This document shows positions 34,753 to 50,026 of a DNA stretch of 64,000 nucleotides, piece by piece. The stretch lies in the NCBI RefSeq assembly GCF_003334785.1, contig NZ_QOWV01000004.1; one strand, written 5' to 3'. Numbering within the stretch: the stretch's first letter is position 1; each line of letters opens with the position of its first letter. The position numbers and the translations under genes are program-made. This stretch comes from Escherichia coli. Lineage in GTDB: Bacteria; Pseudomonadota; Gammaproteobacteria; Enterobacterales; Enterobacteriaceae. A model generated the notes under the pieces. It worked only from the letters and a program-made list of their open reading frames with translations. It made no database searches and was not told where the DNA came from.

Positions 34753-36687
34753 TTACTTGTCGCCTAACTGCTCTGACATGGTGTTACCCGGGTTCGGCGT
34801 ACGCGGTTCATCAACCGGACGAGGAGCCTTTGGACTACCATTGTCGCCAGAATTGTTAGAAGCGCCTGGTTCTTCCCAGCCCGCTGGCGGACGTACATCG
34901 CGACGTGCCATCAGGTCATCAATCTGCGGTGCGTCGATAGTCTCATATTTCATGAGAGCATCTTTCATCGCATGCAGAATATCCATATTGTCGGTCAGAA
35001 GCTGACGCGCACGATTATAGTTACGCTCAATCAGTGCTTTCACTTCCTGGTCGATGATACGTGCAGTTTCATCGGACATATGTTTCGCTTTCGCTACGCT
35101 ACGGCCGAGGAACACTTCACCTTCTTCTTCCGCGTACAGCAGTGGACCCAATTTCTCAGAGAAGCCCCACTGAGTCACCATGTTACGTGCCAGGTTGGTC
35201 GCAACTTTAATATCGTTGGACGCACCGGTAGATACATGTTCCGGCCCGTAGATGATCTCTTCTGCCAGACGACCACCGTACAGCGTAGAAATCTGGCTTT
35301 CCAGTTTCTGACGGCTGGCGCTGATTGCGTCGCCCTCAGGCAAGAAGAAAGTCACACCCAGCGCACGACCGCGTGGGATAATCGTCACTTTGTGCACCGG
35401 ATCGTGTTCCGGCACCAGGCGACCGATAATCGCATGACCCGCTTCGTGGTAAGCCGTCGATTCTTTCTGCGCTTCCGTCATCACCATGGAGCGACGTTCC
35501 GCACCCATCATGATTTTGTCTTTCGCTTTCTCGAACTCAACCATCGACACAACGCGTTTGTTGCCACGAGCAGCGAACAGTGCCGCTTCGTTCACCAGGT
35601 TCGCCAGGTCAGCACCGGAGAAACCAGGAGTACCACGGGCAATGATTGCCGCGTCGATATCGGGTGCCAATGGTACGCGACGCATGTGAACTTTCAGGAT
35701 CTGCTCACGACCGCGAACATCTGGCAAGCCGACCACAACCTGACGGTCGAAACGGCCAGGACGCAGCAGGGCCGGGTCGAGAACGTCCGGACGGTTAGTC
35801 GCGGCGATAACGATGATACCTTCGTTACCTTCGAAGCCATCCATCTCAACCAGCATCTGGTTCAGAGTCTGTTCACGTTCATCGTGACCACCGCCCAGAC
35901 CAGCGCCACGCTGGCGGCCTACGGCGTCGATTTCATCGATAAAGATGATGCACGGTGCCGCTTTCTTCGCCTGTTCGAACATGTCACGAACACGGGATGC
36001 ACCCACACCGACGAACATTTCTACGAAGTCAGAACCGGAGATAGTAAAGAACGGAACTTTCGCTTCGCCTGCAATCGCTTTCGCCAGCAGCGTTTTACCG
36101 GTACCCGGAGGACCGACCATCAAGACGCCTTTCGGGATCTTACCGCCGAGTTTCTGGAAGCGGCTCGGCTCGCGCAGATACTCAACCAGTTCAGCAACTT
36201 CTTCTTTTGCTTCGTCGCAGCCCGCAACGTCAGCAAAGGTCGTTTTGATCTGATCTTCCGTCAGCATGCGCGCTTTGCTCTTACCAAACGACATGGCACC
36301 TTTGCCACCGCCGCCCTGCATTTGACGCATGAAGAAGATCCAGACACCAATCAGCAACAGCATCGGGAACCAGGAGATGAAGATAGAAGCCAGCAGGCTT
36401 GGTTCTTCAGGCGGTTCACCGACAACCTTGACGTTCTTGGTCAACAGGTTATCCAGTAATTTCGGATCCTGAACCGGAATGTAAGTGGTATAACGGTTAC
36501 TATCTTTCTTGGTAACGTTGATTTCACGTCCGTTGATACGCGCTTCACGAACCTGGTCGTTATTGACCTCTTGTAGGAAGGTAGAGTAATCCACCTTACG
36601 GCCATTAGACTCGCTGGGCCCAAAGCTCTGGAATACTGACATCAGCACAACGGCAATGACCAGCCAGAGTATTAGGTTTTTCGCCAT
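34753..36687 (-). CDS. ftsH: ATP-dependent zinc metalloprotease FtsH (644 aa)
   Basis: ATG 36687 ([14 protein letters not shown]). Walker A GPPGTGKT and zinc motif HEAGH. Confidence 0.97.
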
Positions 36688-36786
36688 GTCACTCAAGGGA
36701 TTAACCTCTTATTACAACTGTGTTAAAAACAGCGTCAGGATACTCTATATCCAGCATCTTTCAAACTTTCGTCTGAAATCTCCCGG

Positions 36787-37416
36787 TTAGGGTTTACGCC
36801 CGGTCGCTACAATATACACTTCCCGCGAACGTGCACGAGAAGAGTCCGGCTTACGAACTTTGACCTTCGTAAACAGGGAGCGAATTTCCCTTAGATACTC
36901 ATCGAAACCTTCGCCCTGGAACACCTTCACTACAAAACTGCCACCTGGCGCTAATACATCACGACACATTTCTAGCGCCAGTTCCACCAGATACATGGCA
37001 CGGGGGATATCCACCGCCGGTGTTCCGCTCATGTTTGGTGCCATATCGGACATGACAACCTGGACTTTGCTGTCGCCAACGCGCTCCAGCAGTGCTTTCA
37101 TCACCAGTTCATCACGAAAATCGCCCTGAAGAAAGTCCACACCAACGATAGGATCCATAGGTAAAAGATCGCAAGCGATGATGCGGCCTTTGCCGCCAAT
37201 TTGGGTGACCACATATTGTGACCAACCACCCGGAGCAGCACCAAGGTCGACAACCGTCATTCCCGGTTTAAAGAGTTTGTCACTTTGCTGTATTTCATCA
37301 AGTTTAAACCAGGCACGGGAACGTAACCCCTTTTTCTGTGCCTGTTGAACATATTTATCGCTAAAGTGTTCCTGAAGCCAGCGGCTGGAGCTGGCAGAAC
37401 GCTTCTTACCTGTCAT
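36787..37416 (-). CDS. rlmE: 23S rRNA U2552 2'-O-methyltransferase (209 aa)
   Basis: SAM motif [13 protein letters not shown]. Recognised as RrmJ/FtsJ/RlmE. Confidence 0.96.
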
Positions 37417-37541
37417 TTAACTTTCCCATGGGGATAACTCATCGTAACCAATTGCGTAAATTTTTACGCGCCTATTTGGTGATATATGGGAGATGGCGGT
37501 AGAATGACCCGTTTTCAATCCCAACGTAAGCAAAAAATACG

Positions 37542-37835
37542 ATGAATCTGAGTACTAAACAAAAACAGCACCTGAAAGGTCTGGCACATCCGCTCAAGCC
37601 AGTTGTTCTGCTTGGCAGTAATGGTTTGACCGAAGGGGTGCTGGCCGAGATTGAACAAGCGTTAGAGCACCATGAACTCATCAAGGTGAAAATCGCCACC
37701 GAAGATCGCGAAACTAAAACCTTGATCGTGGAAGCTATCGTGCGCGAAACCGGCGCCTGTAATGTACAGGTCATCGGTAAAACGCTGGTGCTTTATCGCC
37801 CAACTAAAGAACGTAAAATCTCGCTGCCACGCTAA
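37542..37835 (+). CDS. yhbY: CRM-domain RNA-binding protein (97 aa)
   Basis: Full ORF MNLSTKQKQHLKGLAHPLKPVVLLG.., recognised as YhbY. Confidence 0.93.
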   Translation: MNLSTKQKQHLKGLAHPLKPVVLLGSNGLTEGVLAEIEQALEHHELIKVKIATEDRETKTLIVEAIVRETGACNVQVIGKTLVLYRPTKERKISLPR

Positions 37836-37923
37836 GATTATCCTAAAGTTACACACATTTGCTGTGTAAAACGAGGGGTTTTCCGCAGGCAGGAGAGCAA
37901 AATGCCACGCTCTGTTCGTTGAT

Positions 37924-37947
37924 AAAAGGCCGCATAGCGGCCTTTTT
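37924..37947. terminator. Bidirectional terminator between yhbY and greA
   Basis: AAAAGGCCGC-ATA-GCGGCCTTTTT: a perfect GC stem with A and T tracts on both sides. Confidence 0.8.
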
Positions 37948-37990
37948 CCTTTCTTTACAATACATCAACATCTTGAGTATTGGGTAATTC

Positions 37991-38467
<477 letters not shown>

Positions 38468-38561
38468 TTGTTATACCTCTTGAATATTCCTGATAGGGCA
38501 AGTCTTCACCCACCCCGGCTGTTCGGCCTGCCCGGCATAACTCCTTACCGGGACCAGAAGC

Positions 38562-38595
38562 AAAAAAATACCGACCCGGGTACAAGTCCCAGGTC
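38562..38595 (-). terminator. graL: greA leader terminator (source of GraL short transcripts)
   Basis: Minus strand: GACCTGGG-ACTTGTA-CCCGGGTC, then GGTA and T7, about 95 nt upstream of the greA ATG. This fits the published leader-termination (GraL) locus. Confidence 0.5.
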
Positions 38596-38610
38596 AGCTA
38601 CAATTCACAT

Positions 38611-38638
38611 TTTGATAGTCATTTTACCCTGAAGTTCC
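38611..38638 (-). promoter_or_regulatory. Sigma-E-type promoter upstream of greA
   Basis: Minus strand: GGAACTT (38638-38632), 16 nt, TCAAA (38615-38611). This is close to the sigma-E consensus. Confidence 0.45.
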
Positions 38639-38714
38639 CGAAGGGTCATCGTTTACTTTATAGGGCGTTGCGCCGTAGTATGACGGCTCGATTCCAGGTT
38701 GTTAGCGCGAGATT

Positions 38715-40148
38715 ATGCGATTTTCCAGATTTATCATCGGATTGACCAGCTGTATAGCGTTCAGTGTTCAGGCCGCAAATGTTGATGAGTACATTACTCA
38801 ACTCCCCGCTGGTGCCAACCTTGCCCTGATGGTGCAAAAAGTCGGCGCGTCGGCCCCCGCTATTGATTACCACAGTCAGCAGATGGCGCTGCCTGCCAGT
38901 ACCCAGAAAGTGATTACTGCGCTGGCGGCGTTGATTCAACTCGGCCCCGATTTTCGTTTTACCACGACGCTTGAAACCAAAGGCAATGTGGAAAACGGCG
39001 TACTTAAGGGTGACTTAGTGGCGCGATTTGGTGCCGATCCGACGTTAAAACGTCAGGATATTCGCAATATGGTCGCGACTTTGAAAAAATCTGGCGTCAA
39101 CCAAATCGATGGCAATGTGTTGATAGATACCTCCATTTTCGCCAGCCACGATAAAGCCCCCGGCTGGCCATGGAATGACATGACACAATGCTTTAGCGCT
39201 CCGCCTGCCGCCGCCATAGTTGACCGCAACTGTTTCTCCGTCTCGCTCTACAGTGCCCCAAAGCCTGGTGATATGGCTTTTATACGCGTGGCATCTTATT
39301 ACCCCGTTACGATGTTCAGCCAGGTACGCACCCTCCCCCGTGGTTCTGCCGAAGCGCAATACTGCGAACTGGATGTGGTGCCAGGCGACCTGAACCGCTT
39401 TACGCTGACGGGATGCCTGCCACAACGTTCTGAGCCGCTCCCGTTGGCTTTTGCCGTGCAGGATGGAGCCAGCTATGCCGGTGCAATTCTGAAAGATGAG
39501 TTAAAACAGGCGGGTATCACCTGGAGCGGAACACTGCTGCGCCAGACTCAGGTTAACGAACCTGGAACGGTAGTTGCCAGTAAACAGTCGGCCCCGCTGC
39601 ACGATCTGCTTAAGATTATGCTGAAAAAGTCGGACAACATGATCGCCGATACGGTTTTCCGCATGATAGGCCATGCGCGCTTCAATGTGCCTGGAACATG
39701 GCGGGCCGGGTCGGACGCCGTGCGTCAGATCCTGCGCCAGCAAGCCGGTGTCGATATTGGAAACACCATTATTGCCGATGGTTCAGGGCTTTCGCGGCAT
39801 AACCTGATTGCCCCCGCCACCATGATGCAGGTGCTGCAATACATTGCCCAACACGACAATGAACTTAACTTTATCTCCATGCTGCCGCTGGCGGGCTATG
39901 ACGGCTCTTTGCAGTACCGTGCAGGTCTGCATCAGGCGGGCGTGGATGGAAAAGTCTCAGCGAAAACCGGTTCGTTGCAGGGGGTATATAACCTGGCGGG
40001 ATTCATTACCACAGCGAGCGGGCAACGAATGGCGTTTGTGCAATATCTTTCTGGCTATGCAGTAGAACCTGCGGATCAGCGTAATCGCCGTATTCCGTTA
40101 GTGCGTTTTGAAAGCCGTTTGTATAAAGATATTTATCAGAACAATTAG
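38715..40148 (+). CDS. dacB: D-alanyl-D-alanine carboxypeptidase/endopeptidase PBP4 (477 aa)
   Basis: Signal peptide, SxxK motif (ASTQK) and KTG. Recognised as DacB. Confidence 0.96.
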   Translation: MRFSRFIIGLTSCIAFSVQAANVDEYITQLPAGANLALMVQKVGASAPAIDYHSQQMALPASTQKVITALAALIQLGPDFRFTTTLETKGNVENGVLKGDLVARFGADPTLKRQDIRNMVATLKKSGVNQIDGNVLIDTSIFASHDKAPGWPWNDMTQCFSAPPAAAIVDRNCFSVSLYSAPKPGDMAFIRVASYYPVTMFSQVRTLPRGSAEAQYCELDVVPGDLNRFTLTGCLPQRSEPLPLAFAVQDGASYAGAILKDELKQAGITWSGTLLRQTQVNEPGTVVASKQSAPLHDLLKIMLKKSDNMIADTVFRMIGHARFNVPGTWRAGSDAVRQILRQQAGVDIGNTIIADGSGLSRHNLIAPATMMQVLQYIAQHDNELNFISMLPLAGYDGSLQYRAGLHQAGVDGKVSAKTGSLQGVYNLAGFITTASGQRMAFVQYLSGYAVEPADQRNRRIPLVRFESRLYKDIYQNN

Positions 40149-40155
40149 TCAAAAA

Positions 40156-40182
40156 GAAACCCCGGCACATGGCCGGGGCTTC
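40156..40182. terminator. Hairpin after dacB
   Basis: CCCCGGC-ACATG-GCCGGGG. The T tract is better on the minus strand (TTTCTTTTT) than on the plus strand. Confidence 0.5.
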
Positions 40183-40210
40183 AGATTATTGACAAAGTGC
40201 GCTTTGTTTA

Positions 40211-40309
<99 letters not shown>

Positions 40310-40333
40310 TGATTTGGCGTTTATCATCAGTGA

Positions 40334-41521
<1,188 letters not shown>

Positions 41522-42487
41522 TCATTCGCCTGCGCGGGGTTGCGATACCACCGTTGTATGCTTACGTAATCCGCCCCAAATACGATGACCAATGGCGGAA
41601 TACATCGCGCCCGCAACCACGACAAACGCACCGAGATAACCTAAAAGGTTTAACATCGGTCTGGCGAAGAAATCGGGCCAGGCCAGTGATAAAAGATCTG
41701 AAAAAAACAGCGTAAACAGTGGGGTGAGCGTGATGATCGCGCTCACCTGCGCTGCCTGCCAGCGAGCCATCGCTTCCGCCAGGGCGCCATATCCTACCAA
41801 GGTATTCAGTCCGCAAAAAATTAAACATGCGAGCTGCCAGTGGCTAAGCTGCGCTATCACTCCAGGCTTTGCCAGAGGGAAGAGCGCAATTGTACATAAA
41901 GTGTACAGTAAAAACAGGATCTGCGGTGAGGCCAGCCGACGCAATAAAACCTTTTGCGCCACGCCATAACTCACCCAAACCGTCGCCGCACCGACCCCAA
42001 AGATAACTCCCCAGGTGTAATCGGTGAGCTTTGTAAATATCTCGACCAGACTGGTGTTAAAAAACATCACCAGGCCGCTCAGGAGCATCAATGCCCCTAC
42101 AACCTGAGTGCTGCGCATTTTCTCTTTGAGGATAAATACGCTGGCAACCATCATGCCAACTGGCGAGAGTTGCCCAATCACCTGCGAAGCGGTCGGACTC
42201 AGGTATTGCAAGGATGAGCTGAACAGGATGAAGTTCCCAAACAGCCCGGCGGTCGCCACTGCCAACAAAATCAACCAGCGTGGCTTACGAAACACGCGTA
42301 ATGGCGGCAACCTCTTCTTCACCGCAAGAATGGCACCCAGGCCAATACTCGCCATCAAGAAACGGTAAAACACGATTGTCGGAGGTTCCATCACCTCCAG
42401 CACCTGCTTCATTGCGATTGGCAACGCCCCCCAGCAAATTGCTGTGGTGAGCGCCAAAAGAATGCCAATGCCTGCCTGCTGCTTCAT
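41522..42487 (-). CDS. yhbE: EamA/DMT-family inner-membrane transporter (321 aa)
   Basis: Ten-TM-like hydrophobic profile in two EamA halves. Recognised as YhbE. Confidence 0.88.
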   Translation of the reverse strand: MKQQAGIGILLALTTAICWGALPIAMKQVLEVMEPPTIVFYRFLMASIGLGAILAVKKRLPPLRVFRKPRWLILLAVATAGLFGNFILFSSSLQYLSPTASQVIGQLSPVGMMVASVFILKEKMRSTQVVGALMLLSGLVMFFNTSLVEIFTKLTDYTWGVIFGVGAATVWVSYGVAQKVLLRRLASPQILFLLYTLCTIALFPLAKPGVIAQLSHWQLACLIFCGLNTLVGYGALAEAMARWQAAQVSAIITLTPLFTLFFSDLLSLAWPDFFARPMLNLLGYLGAFVVVAGAMYSAIGHRIWGGLRKHTTVVSQPRAGE

Positions 42488-42558
42488 ACCGTATTCCCTG
42501 CAAAGCGCATTTGCGGATTAACGTCGCACCATGCGCATTTTTACCGGTTATCGAATGT

Positions 42559-42588
42559 AAAAAGCCCCGCAACGTGTTGCGGGGCTTT
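42559..42588 (-). terminator. rplU-rpmA terminator
   Basis: GCCCCGCAA-CGTG-TTGCGGGGC, followed by T5 on the minus strand. Confidence 0.8.
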
Positions 42589-42613
42589 CATCCGTTACCG
42601 GGACGCGAAAAAC

Positions 42614-43239
<626 letters not shown>

Positions 43240-43275
43240 TCAGAGTGCGCTATAAATATTCACAATAGGGCGCGA

Positions 43276-43304
43276 ATATTACGCAAAACGCACGCCTTTG
43301 ACAA
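43276..43304 (-). promoter_or_regulatory. Candidate rplU-rpmA promoter
   Basis: Minus strand: TTGTCA (43304-43299), 17 nt, TAATAT (43281-43276). Confidence 0.45.
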
Positions 43305-43461
43305 GTGCTACAGTCAATACACGAAGAAAAAAAACACAACTTGTACGGTAACGTTTATCTGTGCCATTTTTTCAGTACAATCACCCTATATTCCTAACCA
43401 TAAACCCTAAGTTGCCTTTGTTCACAGTAAGGTAATCGGGGCGAAAAGCCCGGCTTTTGCG

Positions 43462-44433
43462 ATGAATTTAGAAAAAATCAATGAGTTAACCGCGCAAGAT
43501 ATGGCGGGTGTTAATGCGGCAATCCTTGAGCAGCTTAATTCCGACGTCCAACTGATCAATCAGTTAGGCTATTACATCGTCAGCGGCGGCGGTAAACGTA
43601 TTCGTCCGATGATTGCTGTACTGGCTGCACGAGCTGTTGGCTATGAGGGAAATGCGCATGTCACCATTGCTGCCCTGATCGAGTTTATCCACACGGCGAC
43701 TCTGCTACACGACGACGTTGTGGATGAATCAGATATGCGCAGGGGTAAAGCTACCGCCAACGCCGCATTTGGCAATGCCGCCAGCGTGCTGGTAGGCGAT
43801 TTTATTTATACCCGCGCTTTCCAGATGATGACCAGCCTCGGTTCGCTCAAAGTGCTGGAAGTCATGTCAGAAGCCGTAAACGTCATCGCAGAAGGTGAAG
43901 TTCTGCAACTGATGAACGTTAACGATCCGGACATCACTGAAGAAAACTACATGCGCGTTATCTATAGCAAAACCGCGCGTCTGTTTGAGGCTGCCGCGCA
44001 GTGTTCCGGGATTCTGGCTGGCTGTACGCCGGAGGAGGAGAAAGGCCTGCAGGATTATGGGCGCTATCTCGGCACTGCTTTCCAGTTGATCGACGATTTA
44101 CTCGATTACAATGCCGATGGCGAACAGTTAGGTAAAAATGTCGGCGACGATCTGAACGAAGGTAAACCGACGCTGCCGCTGCTGCATGCGATGCATCATG
44201 GCACACCAGAACAGGCACAGATGATCCGTACCGCCATCGAACAGGGTAACGGTCGCCATCTTCTGGAACCGGTTCTGGAAGCAATGAACGCTTGTGGATC
44301 TCTTGAATGGACGCGTCAGCGTGCCGAGGAAGAAGCAGACAAAGCCATCGCAGCGTTACAGGTGCTCCCGGACACCCCTTGGCGAGAAGCACTCATCGGC
44401 CTCGCGCACATCGCTGTTCAACGCGATCGTTAA
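43462..44433 (+). CDS. ispB: Octaprenyl diphosphate synthase (323 aa)
   Basis: Two Asp-rich motifs: LLHDDVVDESD and IDDLLD. Recognised as IspB. Confidence 0.96.
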   Translation: MNLEKINELTAQDMAGVNAAILEQLNSDVQLINQLGYYIVSGGGKRIRPMIAVLAARAVGYEGNAHVTIAALIEFIHTATLLHDDVVDESDMRRGKATANAAFGNAASVLVGDFIYTRAFQMMTSLGSLKVLEVMSEAVNVIAEGEVLQLMNVNDPDITEENYMRVIYSKTARLFEAAAQCSGILAGCTPEEEKGLQDYGRYLGTAFQLIDDLLDYNADGEQLGKNVGDDLNEGKPTLPLLHAMHHGTPEQAQMIRTAIEQGNGRHLLEPVLEAMNACGSLEWTRQRAEEEADKAIAALQVLPDTPWREALIGLAHIAVQRDR

Positions 44434-44445
44434 TCCCCTCCCCTC

Positions 44446-44466
44446 ATCCCGCGCAGCGCGCGGGAT
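44446..44466 (+). terminator. GC hairpin after ispB (no T tract)
   Basis: ATCCCGCG-CAGCG-CGCGGGAT, 13 nt after the ispB stop. Confidence 0.35.
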
Positions 44467-44660
44467 GGTTCCAGTAAGTTCCATAAAAACACTTATTCAG
44501 CTCTATAACACCTGAAAAATAGGGATGTGCATCTTTATATATTCTGAATATTCACACTCTTTACAGGAACTTTTTAGAGCAATAGGCCATCAGGAGTATA
44601 GTGATGCTCGACAGAAGAAGTGTTCTGAATGAAAGCGACTAACTTAAGGAGTGAGGAAAA

Positions 44661-44939
44661 ATGGAAAGTAATTTCATTGACTGGCATCCCGCTGACATCA
44701 TTGCGGGTTTGCGCAAGAAGGGAACGTCAATGGCGGCGGAATCTCGCAGAAATGGTTTGAGTTCCTCAACGCTGGCGAATGCATTATCGCGCCCATGGCC
44801 GAAAGGAGAGATGATTATTGCGAAAGCCCTGGGAACTGACCCCTGGGTTATCTGGCCATCACGCTACCATGATCCGCAGACCCATGAGTTTATCGACAGA
44901 ACGCAGTTGATGCGTAGCTACACTAAACCGAAAAAATGA
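44661..44939 (+). CDS. sfsB: Ner-like HTH DNA-binding protein (92 aa)
   Basis: MESNFIDWHPADIIAGLRKKGTSMAAESRRNGLSSSTL.. resembles phage Mu Ner. Recognised as Nlp/SfsB. Confidence 0.92.
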   Translation: MESNFIDWHPADIIAGLRKKGTSMAAESRRNGLSSSTLANALSRPWPKGEMIIAKALGTDPWVIWPSRYHDPQTHEFIDRTQLMRSYTKPKK

Positions 44940-44944
44940 GTGGT

Positions 44945-44975
44945 CTGGCGGTAGCCCCGCGAACGGGGCTGCCAG
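44945..44975. terminator. Hairpin between convergent sfsB and murA
   Basis: CTGGCGGTAGCCCC-GCGAAC-GGGGCTGCCAG. No clear T tract on either side. Confidence 0.45.
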
Positions 44976-44986
44976 CTCTCAGACGA

Positions 44987-46246
<1,260 letters not shown>

Positions 46247-46300
46247 TTAGTTTGTTCTCAGTTAACAATTCATATCCGCTACCGGCGAATCGCCCATAGC

Positions 46301-46555
46301 TCAAAAGCCGTTCAGTTTGCGATCGCGCGCCCACTCCGCAGGGGTATACGCTTTGATCGACACAGCATGAATGCGGTTATCCGCAATATATTCCATCAGC
46401 GGACCATAGACCGTCTGCTGTTTTTTAACCCGACTCATGCCGTCAAACAACTCACCCACGGCAATAACCTGAAAGTGGCTGCCATCGCCGGAAACGTGGA
46501 CTTCCTGGAGGGAGAGAGCGTTCATCAACACGCTCTGAATTTCATTATTTTCCAT
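46301..46555 (-). CDS. ibaG: BolA-family acid-stress protein (84 aa)
   Basis: ATG 46555 ([14 protein letters not shown]). Recognised as YrbA/IbaG. Confidence 0.9.
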
Positions 46556-46625
46556 GGGATCTTCAATCATCAGTTAATAAACCAGCGAAACATCTTAGAG
46601 CAAAGTTGCGCTGGCATAAATAAGC

Positions 46626-46656
46626 AAAAAGCCTCGCTGATAAATCAGACAAGGCT
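46626..46656 (-). terminator. Terminator-like hairpin between mlaB and ibaG
   Basis: Minus strand: GAGCCTTGTCTGATTTATCAGCGAGGCT followed by TTTTT. The stem is imperfect. Confidence 0.4.
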
Positions 46657-46673
46657 CGACTTGCAGGCAGGTT

Positions 46674-46705
46674 TGCCGGACAGGCGGTTAACGCCATATC
46701 CGGCC
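46674..46705. repeat. Single REP unit
   Basis: TGCCGGACAGGCGGTTAACGCCATATCCGGCC. Confidence 0.7.
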
Positions 46706-46714
46706 TGAAAAAAT

Positions 46715-47007
46715 TTAACGAGGCAGAACATCAGCAGGCAAATTATACAATTTCGCCAGGGTATACACTTTGTCGTTTACCCCCTGAAGCGTCACATTGT
46801 TGCCCTGCTTTTTCGCCAGATCGATAAGATGGAGCAGCAGTGCCAGTCCCCCCGTATCCACGCGGGAGACACGGCTAAGATCGATGCAGGTAATCCCCTT
46901 CACCGCTTCCTCACGCATTTCCCAAAGCGGTAGCAAAACGTCCTGATCCAGCTCTCCGGATAACGCCAGCGTGTCACCCGTCTGCATCCAGCTCAGTGAC
47001 TCGCTCA

Positions 47008-47008
<1 letters not shown>
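46715..47008 (-). CDS. mlaB: STAS-domain subunit of the Mla phospholipid transport system (97 aa)
   Basis: ATG 47008 (MSESLSWMQTGDTLALSG) forms TAATG with the mlaC stop. The track ORF is 32 codons too long. Confidence 0.9.
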
Positions 47009-47661
<653 letters not shown>

Positions 47662-48213
47662 TTATTTCGTTGTACCCACAGGTTCAGTGGTTTCATTATT
47701 ACCTGGCGCAGCAGCTGGCGCATCGCCACTATTCTTATTGTCATCGCCTTTACTACCGTAAAGGAACTGACCAATGAGATCTTCCAGCACCATCGCAGAC
47801 TTAGTGTCCTGAATTGTATCGCCATCCTTCAGGATAGCAGTCCCCAGTTCCGGGTCTTCAAAACCGACGTTTAATGCCAGATATTGTTCCCCCAGCAGGC
47901 CGGAAGTACGAATGCTCAGCGAACTGGTATCTGGAATGTGGTTATAACGTTGTTCAATTTCCAGCGTTACGCGCGGCAGATAGGTTTTCGGGTCCAGCGT
48001 AATATCCGCCACCCGACCCACAACAACGCCACCAATACTGACCGGAGAGCGCGCTTTCAGGCCGCCAATGTTATCGAACGTCGCATAAAGCGTGTAGGTC
48101 GGTTCAGTACGTATGGACGTCACGTTCGCCGCCTTCAGGCAAACAAACAGCGCCGCCAGCAGTGCTGCTAATAAAAAGATACCCACCCAAATTTCATTTT
48201 TTTTCGTTTGCAT
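47662..48213 (-). CDS. mlaD: MCE-domain protein MlaD (183 aa)
   Basis: ATG 48213 (MQTKKNEIWVGIFLL). N-terminal TM anchor plus an MCE domain. Confidence 0.94.
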   Translation of the reverse strand: MQTKKNEIWVGIFLLAALLAALFVCLKAANVTSIRTEPTYTLYATFDNIGGLKARSPVSIGGVVVGRVADITLDPKTYLPRVTLEIEQRYNHIPDTSSLSIRTSGLLGEQYLALNVGFEDPELGTAILKDGDTIQDTKSAMVLEDLIGQFLYGSKGDDNKNSGDAPAAAPGNNETTEPVGTTK

Positions 48214-48217
48214 GAAC

Positions 48218-49817
<1,600 letters not shown>

Positions 49818-50026
49818 AATTCACCCTTCGTCTTGCGTTGATTTTCTAAGCATGGCGCTCAATTTAACCTTGAACCCAACATATTTACAGAATATTACCC
49901 GCCGTGGTTAGCGAAAGCTGGCATTTGTTTTACTTTTTAGCCGCATAAAGTCAAAATTAAGCATCCGTTACGGCTTTCTGAAAATCTTCAGCGGACCGGC
50001 GAGTATACCTGAAGAAAGGACGTTAG

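Noticed and set aside
34972-36459. 495-aa plus-strand ORF antisense to ftsH
   Set aside because: It is a shadow frame of ftsH. Walker A and the HEAGH motif identify the true minus-strand frame.
37417-37541. Search for the sigma-32 heat-shock promoter of rlmE-ftsH
   Set aside because: CCCCATGG and CCCATATAT motifs are present. However, the spacing to TTGAAA-like -35 elements did not fit the consensus in my reading, so no feature is reported.
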